64,000 nucleotides of DNA, taken from Alphaproteobacteria bacterium. Its GTDB lineage: Bacteria; Pseudomonadota; Alphaproteobacteria; MPNO01. Each line of letters opens with the position of its first letter. The stretch's first letter is position 1. The stretch lies in the NCBI GenBank assembly GCA_964291675.2, contig OZ219866.1, forward strand, positions 3,456,001 to 3,520,000, read 5' to 3'. The notes beneath the pieces were generated by a model. It was not told the DNA's origin, did no database searches, and was given only the letters and a program-made list of their open reading frames with translations. The translations under genes and the position numbers were made by a program. This document shows positions 1-9,971 of the stretch, in pieces.

Positions 1-159
1 GCGGTGCCGGCGGCGCGCGCCGGCGAGGTGCTGGCGAAGGCCGAATCGATCGTCGCGCGCGAACGCGCGATGACCGAGGCGGTGCGGCGCGGCGAGCCGG
101 TCAGCCGGGTCATGGGAGCGTCCTACGAACGCATGCTGCAACAGGGTGGAGACGAGTGA
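1..159 (+). CDS. 3' end of probable RraA/HMG-aldolase family protein (partial)
   Basis: Frame 1 reads AVPAARAGEVLAKAESIVARERAMTEAVRRGEPVSRVMGASYERML..., resembling RraA-family C-termini; TGA overlaps the next ATG (TGATG). Confidence 0.5.
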   Translation, partial: AVPAARAGEVLAKAESIVARERAMTEAVRRGEPVSRVMGASYERMLQQGGDE

Positions 160-1169
160 TGGCGGACGTCGTACTCGGCATCTGGACAACCCACGGGCCG
201 ACCCTGAACACCACGCCCGACCAATGGGGCGAGCGGGTCAAGGCCGATCTGGTGAACGAGCACTGGTTCAAGGGCGAACGCTTCACCTTCGACGAGCTGG
301 TCGAGCGCCGGGCGGGGGAAGGCATCGCGGCATGGATCGCCGATGACGAACGGCAACAGCGCTACGACGCCTGCCAGGCCGGGATCGCCGCGCTCGCCGA
401 CAGATGGGAGGAGGTGGCGCCGGATGCCTGCGTCATCCTCGGCAACGACCAGCGCGAGCTGTTCCTCGAAAACATCCAGCCGACCTTCACCGTCTATCGC
501 GGCGAGACCTTCTACAACCAGCCGACCAGCGAGGCGCAGAAGGCCAGGCTGCCGCCCGGGATCGCGGAGGCCGAATGGGCCTACCGCCCGGACCGCCATA
601 CCGTCTACCCGGGCCTGCCCGAGCTCGCCGAAATCGTCTTCGCGCGCGCGATGGAGGAAGGCTTCGACCTCGCCGCGTCGAACGACTGGCTGCGCCACGA
701 GAACCATCGCCATGTCGGCACGCCGCACGCCTTCAGCTTCGTCCTGCGCCGGATCATGCGCGACCGCGCGGTTCCCACCCTGCCGGTGATCGCCAACACC
801 TTCTACCCGCCCAACCAGCCGACCGCGCGGCGCTGCTTCGACTTCGGCGCGATGCTCGGCCGCGCGATCCGCGACTGGGACTCGCCCGCCCGCGTCGCCG
901 TCGTCGGGTCCGGCGGGATGTCGCATTTCTGCATCGACGAGGATCTCGACCGACGGTTTCTCGAGGCGTTCTGCGACCGCAACGAGGCGGCGCTCTGCGG
1001 CATCGAGCAGGACTTGCTGCAATCCGGCTCGTCGGAGCTGCGCAACTGGATCGTCGCGGCGGGGGTGCTGTTCGGCACCGGGCTCGGCGGGGACGTGATC
1101 GACTACGTGCCCTGCTACCGCTCGCTGGCGGGGACCGGAACCGCCAACGCCTTCGTCTGCTGGACCTGA
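159..1169 (+). CDS. LigB-family (class III) extradiol ring-cleavage dioxygenase
   Basis: N-terminal THGP, ILGNDQ, GTPHAF, VGSGGMSHF, SGSSELRNW motifs. Confidence 0.85.
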   Translation: MADVVLGIWTTHGPTLNTTPDQWGERVKADLVNEHWFKGERFTFDELVERRAGEGIAAWIADDERQQRYDACQAGIAALADRWEEVAPDACVILGNDQRELFLENIQPTFTVYRGETFYNQPTSEAQKARLPPGIAEAEWAYRPDRHTVYPGLPELAEIVFARAMEEGFDLAASNDWLRHENHRHVGTPHAFSFVLRRIMRDRAVPTLPVIANTFYPPNQPTARRCFDFGAMLGRAIRDWDSPARVAVVGSGGMSHFCIDEDLDRRFLEAFCDRNEAALCGIEQDLLQSGSSELRNWIVAAGVLFGTGLGGDVIDYVPCYRSLAGTGTANAFVCWT

Positions 1170-1183
1170 ACGCCGGCCGGGGG

Positions 1184-2800
1184 ATGGCCGATCGTCCGCG
1201 CGTCGTCGTCGTCGGGGGCGGCCCGGTCGGGCTCGCGCTCGCCGTCGATCTGGGCTTGCGCGGCGTCGCCTGCACCCTGGTCGAGCGGCGCACCGAGCCC
1301 CACCGCATCCCCAAGGGCCAGAACCTTACCCAGCGCACGCTCGACCTGTTCTATTCCTGGGGCATCGCCGACGAGCTGCGCTCCCGGCGGGTCATCCGGC
1401 CCGGCTTCCCCGGCAACGCCATCGTCGCCTATGGCGACCTCGCGGGCGCGCACTGGTTTGCCGGCGTCTACCGGACCGCGGTCGACAAGTACTACTTCCA
1501 GCGGAGCGAACGGCTGCCGCAATACCTCACCGAGCAGGTGCTGCGGGACCGCCTCGCCGGGATCCCGGCGGTCGGGGTGAGGGAGGGCTGGTCCGCCGAA
1601 GCGGTGCGGCAGTCGGCGGGCGGCGCCGCCGTCGACATCGCCGAGCAAGGCGGCACCGTGCGCGAAACCGTCGAGGCGGACTATGTCGTCGGCTGCGACG
1701 GCAGCCGGTCCACGGTGCGCGACAGCGCGGGCCTCGCCTCCGGCGGAACCGATTACGAGCAGACCATGGTGCTCGCCGTGTTCCGCTCGCCCGCGCTCGG
1801 CGAGCGGCTGAAGCGCTTTCCGCCGGCCTATATCTACCGGGTGGTGCACCCGGACCTGAACGGCTACTGGCGCTTCTTCGGGCGGATCGACGAGCATGAG
1901 GGCTGGTTCTTCCACGCGCCCGTAGGCTCGGCGGAACGGAGCGAGGCGGGGGTCCGCGCGCTGCTCCGCGAGGCCGCCGGCTTCGAGTTCGACTGCAGCT
2001 TCGAGCATATCGGCTACTGGGATCTGCGCGTCTCGATTGCCGAGGCGTTTCGCGCGGGCCGCGTGTTCATCGCCGGCGACGCGGCGCACAGCCACCCGCC
2101 CTATGGCGGGTACGGTCTCAATACCGGGTTCGAGGACGCGGCCAATCTGGGGTGGAAGCTGGCGGCGGTGCTGCAGGGCTGGGGCGGCGACGCCCTGCTC
2201 GACTCCTATAGCGAGGAGAGGCAGGAGGTGGCCAGGGACACGGCGGCGGAATTCATCGACAGCCGGATCTCCGCCGACCGCGAGCTGTTCGACCGGATCC
2301 ACCCCGAACGCGACGCCGAGGCGTTCGCGCGCGGCTGGGCGGCTTATGCCGAGGCCGGGAACAGGCATTTGAACAGCTACGCGCCCCATTACGAGGGATC
2401 GACCGCGATCGCCGGCCCGCAAGGCGGGGTCACCGGCGCCGCATCGGCGCGCAGCGAGCGGGCGCGGCCGGGCCACTACTTGCCGCCGTGGCGGCTCGCT
2501 TCGGGGCGCAACGTCTTCGAGGAGCTGGGGCGCGGGTTCACCCTGGTCGCGCTCGGCGCCGCCGACGCGAGCATCGCTCGCCTCCAGCGCGCCTGCGCGG
2601 AACGCTCGATCCCGCTCAAAATCGTCCGCGGGCCGGCGCCCGAGAGCCTGGGCGCCGGTCTCGTCCTGGTCCGCCCGGACGGCTACGTCGCCTGGGCTGG
2701 CGACGCCCCCCCGGAAAGCGCGGACGCGCTGATGGCGCGGGTGACGGGTTCGGCTACCCGCCCATCAGGCCCGGCAGGTAGAGCGTCAGCCCCGGGATGA
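1184..2800 (+). CDS. FAD-dependent monooxygenase (PheA/TfdB-like aromatic hydroxylase)
   Basis: MADRPRVVVVGGGPVG, VGCDG, FIAGDAAHSHPPYGGYGLNTG, LVRPDGYVAW; start is internal to the 404..2800 ORF. Confidence 0.9.
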   Translation: MADRPRVVVVGGGPVGLALAVDLGLRGVACTLVERRTEPHRIPKGQNLTQRTLDLFYSWGIADELRSRRVIRPGFPGNAIVAYGDLAGAHWFAGVYRTAVDKYYFQRSERLPQYLTEQVLRDRLAGIPAVGVREGWSAEAVRQSAGGAAVDIAEQGGTVRETVEADYVVGCDGSRSTVRDSAGLASGGTDYEQTMVLAVFRSPALGERLKRFPPAYIYRVVHPDLNGYWRFFGRIDEHEGWFFHAPVGSAERSEAGVRALLREAAGFEFDCSFEHIGYWDLRVSIAEAFRAGRVFIAGDAAHSHPPYGGYGLNTGFEDAANLGWKLAAVLQGWGGDALLDSYSEERQEVARDTAAEFIDSRISADRELFDRIHPERDAEAFARGWAAYAEAGNRHLNSYAPHYEGSTAIAGPQGGVTGAASARSERARPGHYLPPWRLASGRNVFEELGRGFTLVALGAADASIARLQRACAERSIPLKIVRGPAPESLGAGLVLVRPDGYVAWAGDAPPESADALMARVTGSATRPSGPAGRASAPG

Positions 2801-3203
2801 ACACGATCAGCGCCAGGCGGACGATGTCGGCGACGAAGAACGGGCTGATGCCGGCGAAAATGCCCCACAGCGACATCTCCGGCATGATGGTCTTGAGCAC
2901 GAACACGTTCATGCCGATCGGCGGCGTGATCAGGCTGATCTCGGTCACCATGATGACTACGATGCCGAACCAGATCAGGTCGAAGCCGAGGCTCTGGACC
3001 ACGGGGAAGAAGATCGGCACGGTCAGCAGGATCATGCCGATGCCCTCGAACACGCAGCCCAGCGCGATATAGATCAGGCAGATCACCAGCACGACGGTGA
3101 TCGGGGCGATCTCCAGCGAGTTCACCCAGTCGACGATCTGGTTGGGCATACCCGAGATGTTCATGAAGTTGGACAGGATGATCGCGCCGAAGGCGACGCT
3201 GAA
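2754..3203 (-). pseudogene. dctM: TRAP large permease DctM, 3' fragment cut by IS66 composite
   Basis: FSVAFGAIILSNF...FDLIWFGIVVIMVTEISLITPPIGMNVFV; reading frame continues beyond 16787. Confidence 0.85.
3196..3203. repeat. Target-site duplication, left copy ACGCTGAA (right copy 16780-16787)
   Basis: Identical 8-mer abuts both outer IS66 ends; 8 bp is the IS66 TSD length. Confidence 0.9.
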
Positions 3204-3374
3204 GTAACCCTCCGGCGTAGGCCGCCTGTTGAGCAGGCGCAGGCTTTCAGCGGGGATTGGGGGCTGATCCGCTTGGATTAATCGAGGTTTTGGGGAAGGT
3301 GCCCCCCGGCGATCTTGCAAGAAGGCCGCCGGAGGGCTTGTCTCGGTGACAGCTACATCAACTGAGACGCCCCA

Positions 3375-3989
3375 ATGTCGCACAAGCTGTTCCGTCACTC
3401 CATCCTCTGCAACGCCCGGGTTTGGGACTTTCTGAAGCAGGTCGACGCAGCCGAGGCGGAGGCCTGCCGTGCGGTGGGCTGTCCTCACTGCGGCGGGACG
3501 CTTCACAGCGCGGCCTACCCTCGCAAGCCGTACGGTCTGGCGGCGGATCTTCGGGACGATGTGCGGCGCTTCAGCCTGTGCTGTTCGGTGTGCAGGCGCC
3601 GGGTGCGTCCTGCCTCGGTGCGTTTCTTCGGTCGGAGGTTCTACGTCGGTGCGCTGTTCCTGCTGGTGAGCGCACTGGCGCTGACCGGCGGGGTGCGGTT
3701 GCAGACGATCGCGCGGCGCTGTGGGGTTCCGGTCTCGACGCTGAAGCGCTGGCGTCGCTGGTGGCTGGACGCCTTCCCGGCGACCCCGGAGTGGGCGGCG
3801 AAGCGGGGCGAGCTGGCGACACCGGCCGGGGAAGCGCCTGTGCGCCGGCTGCTGCGCCTGATGCGGGGCCGGGGCCTGCGGGCGCGGCTGCTGCGGAGCC
3901 TGGTCTGGCTGATGCCGTGGACCGGTTCTTGCGCGCTCGGCGCCGGGCCGGCTTCGCCCGCAGAAAGCGTTTCTGTCATGAACGGATAG
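3375..3989 (+). CDS. Cys-rich Zn-finger plus HTH protein (transposon accessory)
   Basis: CPHCGG and CCSVCRRR cysteine pairs; HTH-like IARRCGVPVSTLKRWRRWW. Confidence 0.7.
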   Translation: MSHKLFRHSILCNARVWDFLKQVDAAEAEACRAVGCPHCGGTLHSAAYPRKPYGLAADLRDDVRRFSLCCSVCRRRVRPASVRFFGRRFYVGALFLLVSALALTGGVRLQTIARRCGVPVSTLKRWRRWWLDAFPATPEWAAKRGELATPAGEAPVRRLLRLMRGRGLRARLLRSLVWLMPWTGSCALGAGPASPAESVSVMNG

Positions 3990-4038
3990 GGGCTCTTACA
4001 CCGGCATCTCCCCAACAGGGCGAGGGAGGGATGCCGGG

Positions 4039-5493
4039 ATGGACAGCAACGACGGGAGCGAGCGTCGCGACCGGTGGGCGCGGCTGCGCTTCGCGGTGGT
4101 CGGGCCGCTTCTGGCCTCGCCGCCGCCGAAGGGGAAGCTGCGGGCCGAGCTGGAGCGGCTGGCCGGACGCGAGTGGGAACATCCGTCCGGCAAGGGGCCG
4201 GTGCGCTTCTCGGCCTCCACGATCGAGCGCTGGTACTACCAGGCGCGGGCGCAGGAGCAGGACCCGGTCAAGGCGCTTCGCCGAAAGCCACGGGCCGACA
4301 TCGGCCGCGAACGGGCGATATCGGCGGCACTGATCGAGGTGTTGCGCGATCAGTACCGGGCGCATCCGTCGTGGTCGGCACAGCTGCACCATGAGAACCT
4401 GGCGGCGCTGGTCGCGGCCGATCCGGCGCTCGGCCCGATGCCGTCCTATGCGACGCTCACCCGGGCGATGCGGGCTCGCGGGCTGGTGCGCAAGCGCCGG
4501 CGCAAGTGGCACGAGAGCGAGGCGCGGCCGCCTGTCCAGGCCCGCGAGGTACTGAGCTACGAGGTCACGCGCAGCCACGCCCTGTGGCACAGCGATATGC
4601 ATACCGCCAAGTGTCGTGTGCTGACGGCCTCGGGCGAGTGGAAGACGCCGATCCTTCTGGGCTTTCTCGACGACCACTCCCGGCTCGGCTGCCACCTTCA
4701 GTGGTATCTCGCCGAGACCGCAGAGGTCTTCGTCCATGGGCTGTGCCAGGCGTTGATGAAGCGGGGCCTGCCGCGGTCCCTGCTGACCGACAACGGCTCG
4801 GCGATGACCGCCGGCGAGGTCGAGGAAGGGTTGCTCCGGCTCGGCATCGCGGGGGTCACGACGCTCGCGTACAGCCCGCATCAAAATGGAAAGATCGAGA
4901 CTTTCTGGGGCACGGTCGAATCACGCCTGATGGCCCAGCTCGAAGGCGTCGACGCGCTCACCCTGAAGATGCTCAACGACGCCACCGTCGCCTGGCTGGA
5001 GCAGGACTATCACCGCCGCGAGCACCGCGAACTCGGCATGTCGCCGCATCGGCGCCTCGCCGGGAGCGTCGACGCATCGCGGCCCTGCCCCGGCGCGGCC
5101 GAGCTCAAGGCGGCCTTCCGCATCACGAGGAAGCGCATGCTCCGGCGCTCGGACGGCACCGTCTCGGTCGAGAACATCCGCTACCAGATACCGCCGCCGT
5201 GGCGCCACCTGCGCGAGGCCTGGGTCCGCTATGCGCGCTGGGACCTCAGCAGCGTCGATCTGGTCGACGGCCGGGGCGGCGAACGGCTGTGCACGCTCTA
5301 TCCCCTCGACAAGCGCGGCAACGCCGATGGTGTGCGCCGTCCCATCGGCCCCGGCGACGACGATGGCAAGGGCGGCGAGGGGACAGGCGGACTGCCGCCG
5401 CTGCTCAAGAGCATGCTCGACGCGCAGGCTGCAACCGGCCTGCCGCCGGCATGGCTTGCCTTCGATGACACCCGCGATGATGGAGAACGCTGA
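4039..5493 (+). CDS. DDE (rve) transposase/integrase, Mu/IS481/IS21-like
   Basis: N-terminal HTH (SASTIERWY); catalytic LWHSD, LLTDNGSA, NGKIETFW; C-terminal DGTVSVENIRY. Confidence 0.9.
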   Translation: MDSNDGSERRDRWARLRFAVVGPLLASPPPKGKLRAELERLAGREWEHPSGKGPVRFSASTIERWYYQARAQEQDPVKALRRKPRADIGRERAISAALIEVLRDQYRAHPSWSAQLHHENLAALVAADPALGPMPSYATLTRAMRARGLVRKRRRKWHESEARPPVQAREVLSYEVTRSHALWHSDMHTAKCRVLTASGEWKTPILLGFLDDHSRLGCHLQWYLAETAEVFVHGLCQALMKRGLPRSLLTDNGSAMTAGEVEEGLLRLGIAGVTTLAYSPHQNGKIETFWGTVESRLMAQLEGVDALTLKMLNDATVAWLEQDYHRREHRELGMSPHRRLAGSVDASRPCPGAAELKAAFRITRKRMLRRSDGTVSVENIRYQIPPPWRHLREAWVRYARWDLSSVDLVDGRGGERLCTLYPLDKRGNADGVRRPIGPGDDDGKGGEGTGGLPPLLKSMLDAQAATGLPPAWLAFDDTRDDGER

Positions 5494-6326
5494 TGAACCG
5501 CGAACACCTCACCCTGTACGGGCTCAAGTGGAACCCGTTCGCCCCTGACCTCCCGGTCGACAGCCTGATGGCGACTGGCGCCGTCGACAGCTTCTGCCTC
5601 AGGATCGAACGCCATCTCGTGCGCCACGGCGGCTTCGCACTGATCGCCGGAGAGCCCGGAACCGGAAAGAGCGTTGCCCTGCGCCTGCTCGCCCACCGGC
5701 TCGGGCGATGCGACGGGCTCAGGGTCGCCGCCATCACCCACCCGTCCTCGAGACTGTCGGACTTCTACCGCGAGATCGGCGAGCTGTTTGGCGTCGACCT
5801 GCTGTACAACAATCGCTGGGCCAGCTTCAAAAACCTGCGCCAGCGCTGGCTCGCGCATCTCGATGACACCCGCATGCGCCCGGTGTTGCTCATCGACGAG
5901 GCCCAGGAACTGCTGCCCTCGGTGTTCTCCGAGATCCGCCTGCTCGCGTCGACCGACTTCGACTCGCGCGCCATCCTCTCCGTCGTCTTCGCCGGTGACA
6001 ACCGCCTGCTCGACCGGCTCCGCCAGCCCGACCTGCAGCCCATCGCCTCGCGTATCCGACAGCGTCTGCTGATGACCCGGACCGAGGACGCCGACCTGGC
6101 CGGCCTGCTCGACCATCTGCTCGAAGAGGCCGGCAATCCGGCGCTGATGACCGCCGGGCTCAGGGACACCCTCGTCACCCATGCCGCAGGAAACCCCAGG
6201 GCACTCACCGTCATGGCTGATGCCGTGCTCGCAGCCGGTGCCGAGAAGGATCGCGAGGTGCTCGACGAGAAGCTCTTCATCGAGACCCTCGGCGAGGCAC
6301 CGCCAGCCAGGCGGGCCCGGCGATGA
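5493..6326 (+). CDS. ExeA-like AAA+ ATPase (transposition helper)
   Basis: YGLKWNPF, Walker A GEPGTGKS, Walker B LLIDEAQ, GNPRAL; TGATG coupling to the transposase. Confidence 0.85.
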   Translation: MNREHLTLYGLKWNPFAPDLPVDSLMATGAVDSFCLRIERHLVRHGGFALIAGEPGTGKSVALRLLAHRLGRCDGLRVAAITHPSSRLSDFYREIGELFGVDLLYNNRWASFKNLRQRWLAHLDDTRMRPVLLIDEAQELLPSVFSEIRLLASTDFDSRAILSVVFAGDNRLLDRLRQPDLQPIASRIRQRLLMTRTEDADLAGLLDHLLEEAGNPALMTAGLRDTLVTHAAGNPRALTVMADAVLAAGAEKDREVLDEKLFIETLGEAPPARRARR

Positions 6327-7312
6327 CCGGCTTCCCGACACGGCCACCGGCCGAACTCGAGGAGCGGCCGCGGGAGCGGCAGTGGCTGGTCGATGCCCTG
6401 TGGAGCGAACAGGGGGTCGGCATCGTCGGCGGCGAGCCCAAGTGCGGCAAGTCCTTCCTCGCGCTGGACCTCGCCGTCGCGGTGGCTGCAGGAGTGCCCT
6501 GCCTGCGCCACTTCCGCCCCGCGGCAAGCGGCACCGTGTTGCTCTTCGCCGCCGAGGACGCCGGTCACATCGTGCGCGACCGCCTCAAGGGCATCGCCCG
6601 GGCCGCCGGCGCCGACTTCGAGGCCCTCGACATCGCCGTCATCGACGTGCCCACGCTCCGCCTCGATCATCGCCTCGACCGGCAGCGGCTGCTGGAGACC
6701 GTCGAACGGATCGGACCGCGCCTCCTCGTCCTCGATCCCCTGGTCCGCCTGCATGGCGTCGACGAGAACGCGGTTGCGGAAGTCGCTCCCATCCTCGGCT
6801 TCCTGCGCGACCTGCAGCGCCGCTTCGGGACCGCTGTGCTGCTCGTCCACCACGCTCGCAAGAGTGGCGCCAGCCGCCCCGGCCAGGCGCTGCGCGGCAG
6901 CAGCGAGCTGCATGCCTGGGGCGACAGCAATCTCTACCTGCGCCGGCGCGACGGGCAGATCGTCATGACCGCCGAGCATCGCGCCGCACCCGGCCTCAAC
7001 AATATCGAGATCGAGCTTGCCGATGACGGCGAAGGACCAGCGCTGCAGCTCCGGCGGACAGGACCTCACCAGGCTCCGCCGCAGCCGGACAGCGCCGAAC
7101 AGCGGATCGCCCAGGTGCTCGCGACAGCCGAATCCCCACTCGTGCAGTCCGAGATCCGAAAACGCGCCGGGGTACGCAACGCGACTGTCTCCGCGGCACT
7201 GCACGGGCTTGTGCGCGAGGGACGGGTCGAGCGCGGGACGGGAGGTCGCTACCGCTTCCTCGGAACCGCGGCGAACCAAGCCGACAACCCGACGGACAGC
7301 CACAACCCGTAG
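6323..7312 (+). CDS. AAA_25/RepA-like RecA-fold helicase with C-terminal winged helix
   Basis: QWLVDALW, GGEPKCGKS, LLVLDPL, LLVHHARK, LRGSSEL; ATGA overlap. Confidence 0.8.
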   Translation: MTGFPTRPPAELEERPRERQWLVDALWSEQGVGIVGGEPKCGKSFLALDLAVAVAAGVPCLRHFRPAASGTVLLFAAEDAGHIVRDRLKGIARAAGADFEALDIAVIDVPTLRLDHRLDRQRLLETVERIGPRLLVLDPLVRLHGVDENAVAEVAPILGFLRDLQRRFGTAVLLVHHARKSGASRPGQALRGSSELHAWGDSNLYLRRRDGQIVMTAEHRAAPGLNNIEIELADDGEGPALQLRRTGPHQAPPQPDSAEQRIAQVLATAESPLVQSEIRKRAGVRNATVSAALHGLVREGRVERGTGGRYRFLGTAANQADNPTDSHNP

Positions 7313-7327
7313 GCGAAGCAGCCCCTC

Positions 7328-7381
7328 TTCCCGTTCCCGTTCCGGCGAACCCTTAAGCGTTGCAGGGAACGGGAACGGGAA
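7328..7381. repeat. Perfect 16-bp inverted repeat built of GGGAAC hexamers
   Basis: TTCCCGTTCCCGTTCC (7328-7343) / GGAACGGGAACGGGAA (7366-7381). Confidence 0.85.
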
Positions 7382-7694
7382 CACCAGCGCACAATGCCCC
7401 ACGAAACTGCCTGAAGCGATCGGCCAATGGCCGAAAGCTCTGCTTACGGCCATGGCAGCCCTCTGGCGCGGGGACGGCGGCGGGTCACCCGAAGGGCCGT
7501 AGCGGAGCGAAGGAGCCGCGAAGCGGCTTGAAGCGCCGACGGCCTCGCGACACTCCCCGCCCGGCCTTCCTGCAAACGGCAGACGATCCCCATCGAATAA
7601 CGCGAAATCCGCACCATCAAACAACGTGCGCGCGCTCACTGTTCCGATGGGGGGCGTTTGGTGGGTCTGAGTGCTTGGGAAGTGGGCCCTTGTT

Positions 7695-7724
7695 AAGTGT
7701 CCACTTAGCGGCAAGTGGACACTT
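7695..7724. promoter_or_regulatory. 12-bp inverted repeat over the tnpA start region
   Basis: AAGTGTCCACTT-N6-AAGTGGACACTT. Confidence 0.55.
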
Positions 7725-8146
7725 GGCCGATGTCGGTTGCGAGTGAGAAGCCGGGCGCGGGAAGCGGTGAGACGGCCGATCGGCGGCGCCGTCGGTGGAG
7801 CGAGGCTCAGAAGCGCCAGATCGTCGCGGAGAGCCATGAGCCTGGGGTTTCGGTGTCGGTCGTTGCGCGGCGTTACAACGTCAATGCCAACCAGGTCTTC
7901 ACCTGGCGTCGGCGGTTCCGCGAGGCGGCGCGCGACGCCGGGGCTGGCCGGTTGGTGCCGGTGGTGGTCGAAGCGCCTTGCGACGGGGAGGCCGGCGCGT
8001 CGGCGCCGTGCCGGTCGTCCGGGGACGTTGTCGCGGCGGCGGGGCGGATCGAGATTGCGCTGGCGTGCGGCGCGCGTGTGATCGTCGGCCGGGCGGTGGA
8101 CGGTGTGGCTCTGGCCCGGGTTCTTGCGGTTCTGGATCGGCGATGA
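7715..8146 (+). CDS. tnpA: IS66 TnpA (HTH)
   Basis: RRRRWSEAQKRQIVAES...VARRYNVNANQVFTWRR; start may be ATG 7730. Confidence 0.9.
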   Translation: MDTWPMSVASEKPGAGSGETADRRRRRWSEAQKRQIVAESHEPGVSVSVVARRYNVNANQVFTWRRRFREAARDAGAGRLVPVVVEAPCDGEAGASAPCRSSGDVVAAAGRIEIALACGARVIVGRAVDGVALARVLAVLDRR

Positions 8147-8490
8147 TCCCGGTTCCGGGTGGTGTGCGGGTGTGGCTGGCGACCGGGGTGACGGACATGC
8201 GTCGCGGCATGAACACGCTGGCGCTGCAGGTCCAGGAGGATCTCGGGCGCGACCCTCACGCGGGCGATCTCTACGTTTTCCGGGGCCGTCGCGGCGACCT
8301 GATCAAGATTCTCTGGCACGACGGGGTTGGGATCTCGCTGTATGCCAAGCGGCTTGAGCGGGGCCGGTTCCAGTGGCCGACCACGTCTGGGGGCGCGGTG
8401 TCGATCGGCGCGGCGCAGCTCGGCTACCTGCTGGAAGGGATCGACTGGCGGAATCCGGTTCGGACCTGGCGGCCGTCGCGGGCGGGCTGA
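8143..8490 (+). CDS. tnpB: IS66 TnpB accessory protein
   Basis: MIPVPGGVRVWLATGVTDMRRG...LYAKRLERGRFQWP. Confidence 0.92.
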   Translation: MIPVPGGVRVWLATGVTDMRRGMNTLALQVQEDLGRDPHAGDLYVFRGRRGDLIKILWHDGVGISLYAKRLERGRFQWPTTSGGAVSIGAAQLGYLLEGIDWRNPVRTWRPSRAG

Positions 8491-9971
8491 TCGGCGGGGG
8501 AGCCGTGCGGTCGGCGCGATTGTTGTAGCGCCGAATCGGGTGCTGTGATTCGATTCCGCCAATGACCGGCGGATCCAACATTGCATCTCTGAAGGCGGCG
8601 CTTGCGGCGGCCGAGGCGCGGGCCGCGAACGCCGAGGCGAAGGTGTCGGACGCCGAGGCGGAGATCGCTTTCCTCAAGCTGGCGGTCGAGAAGCTCCGGC
8701 GCGAGCTCTACGGGCAGCGCTCGGAGCGCAAGCAGCGGCTTCTCGACCAGCTCGAGCTGCAACTCGACGAGCTTGAGGCGAACGCGACGGAGGACGAGCT
8801 GGCGGCCGAGCAGGCGGCGGCCGGCACGACCGAGGTCAAGGGGTTCACGCGGCGCAAGCCGGCCCGCAAGCCGTTCCCGGCGCATATTCCGCGCGAGCGG
8901 AAAGTGGTTCCGCCGCCGACATTCTGCGCGTGCTGCGGCTCGGAGAAGCTGTCGAAGATCGGCGAGGACGTGACCGAGACGCTGGAGGCGATCCCGCGCC
9001 AGTGGAAGGTGATCCAGACGGTGCGCGAGAAGTTCACCTGCCGGGCTTGCGAGAAGATCGGCCAGCCGCCGGCGCCGTTCCACCCGACGCCGCGGGGCTG
9101 GGCTGGCCCCAACCTGCTGGCGACGATCCTGTTCGAGAAGTACGGGCAGCACCAGCCGTTGAACCGCCAGCGCGACCGCTACGCGAGGGAGGGTATCGAT
9201 CTCAGCCTGTCGACCCTGGCCGACCAGGTGGGCGCGTGCACGGTGGCGCTGAAGCCGCTGCACGATCTGATCGAGGCCCATGTCATGGCGGCGGAACGCC
9301 TGCATGGCGACGACACCCCGGTGCCGGTGCTGGCCAGGGGCAGGTGCGCCACCGGGCGGGCCTGGGTCTATGTGCGCGATGACAGGCCGTTCGGCGGTCC
9401 GGATCCGCCGGCGGCGCTGTTCCGCTACGCGCGGGACCGGTCCGGCGCTCACCCGGTCGCGCATCTGGAGACCTTCGCCGGCATCCTCCAGGCCGACATC
9501 TACGCCGGCTACAACGCCCTCTATGTGGCCGGGAGATTGCCCGGGCCCGTGATCGAGGCTGCGTGTTGGGCGCATTCGCGAAGGAAGTTCTTCGATCTCG
9601 CCGACATCGCGGCCGGGAAGAGGCGCGGCAAGGACCCGCCGCCGGTCTCGCCGCTCGCGCTGGAGGCGGTGAAGCGGATCGACGTGCTGTTCGATATCGA
9701 GCGCGGGATCGTCGGCAAGTCCGCGGAGGAGCGCCTCGCCGTGCGCCGGGAGTTGAGCGCGCCGGTGCTGGCCGAACTCAAGGAGTGGATGCGGGCCGAG
9801 CGCGTGAAGCTGTCGAAACATGCCCCGGTGGCCAAGGCGATGGACTACATGCTCAGGCGCTGGGAGCTGTTCGCCCGCTTCCTCGACGACGGCCGCATCT
9901 GCCTCACCAACAATGCCGCCGAGAGGGCGCTCAGAGGTATTGCGACGATGGAGTCATTCTGCACCCCTTCT

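Larger units (their letters stand above)
3230..7638 (+). mobile_element. Four-gene DDE/AAA transposon-like element (4,409 bp)
   Basis: Ends TGAGCAGGCGCAGG / CGTGCGCGCGCTCA (imperfect IR, TG..CA); 4-bp flanking repeat CTGT at 3226-3229 and 7639-7642; subterminal IR TTGCAAGAAGGCCG 3315-3328 / CGGCCTTCCTGCAA 7562-7575. Confidence 0.8.

Noticed and set aside
404-1183. N-terminal extension making a 798-aa monooxygenase
   Set aside because: Overlaps the dioxygenase in another frame; the real start is ATG 1184. The same applies to the over-long ORFs 17445..19952, 42678..44591, 43775..45181 and 44539..47013
5765-7837. 690-aa minus-strand ORF
   Set aside because: Shadow of the AAA genes that crosses an element boundary; no recognisable domain
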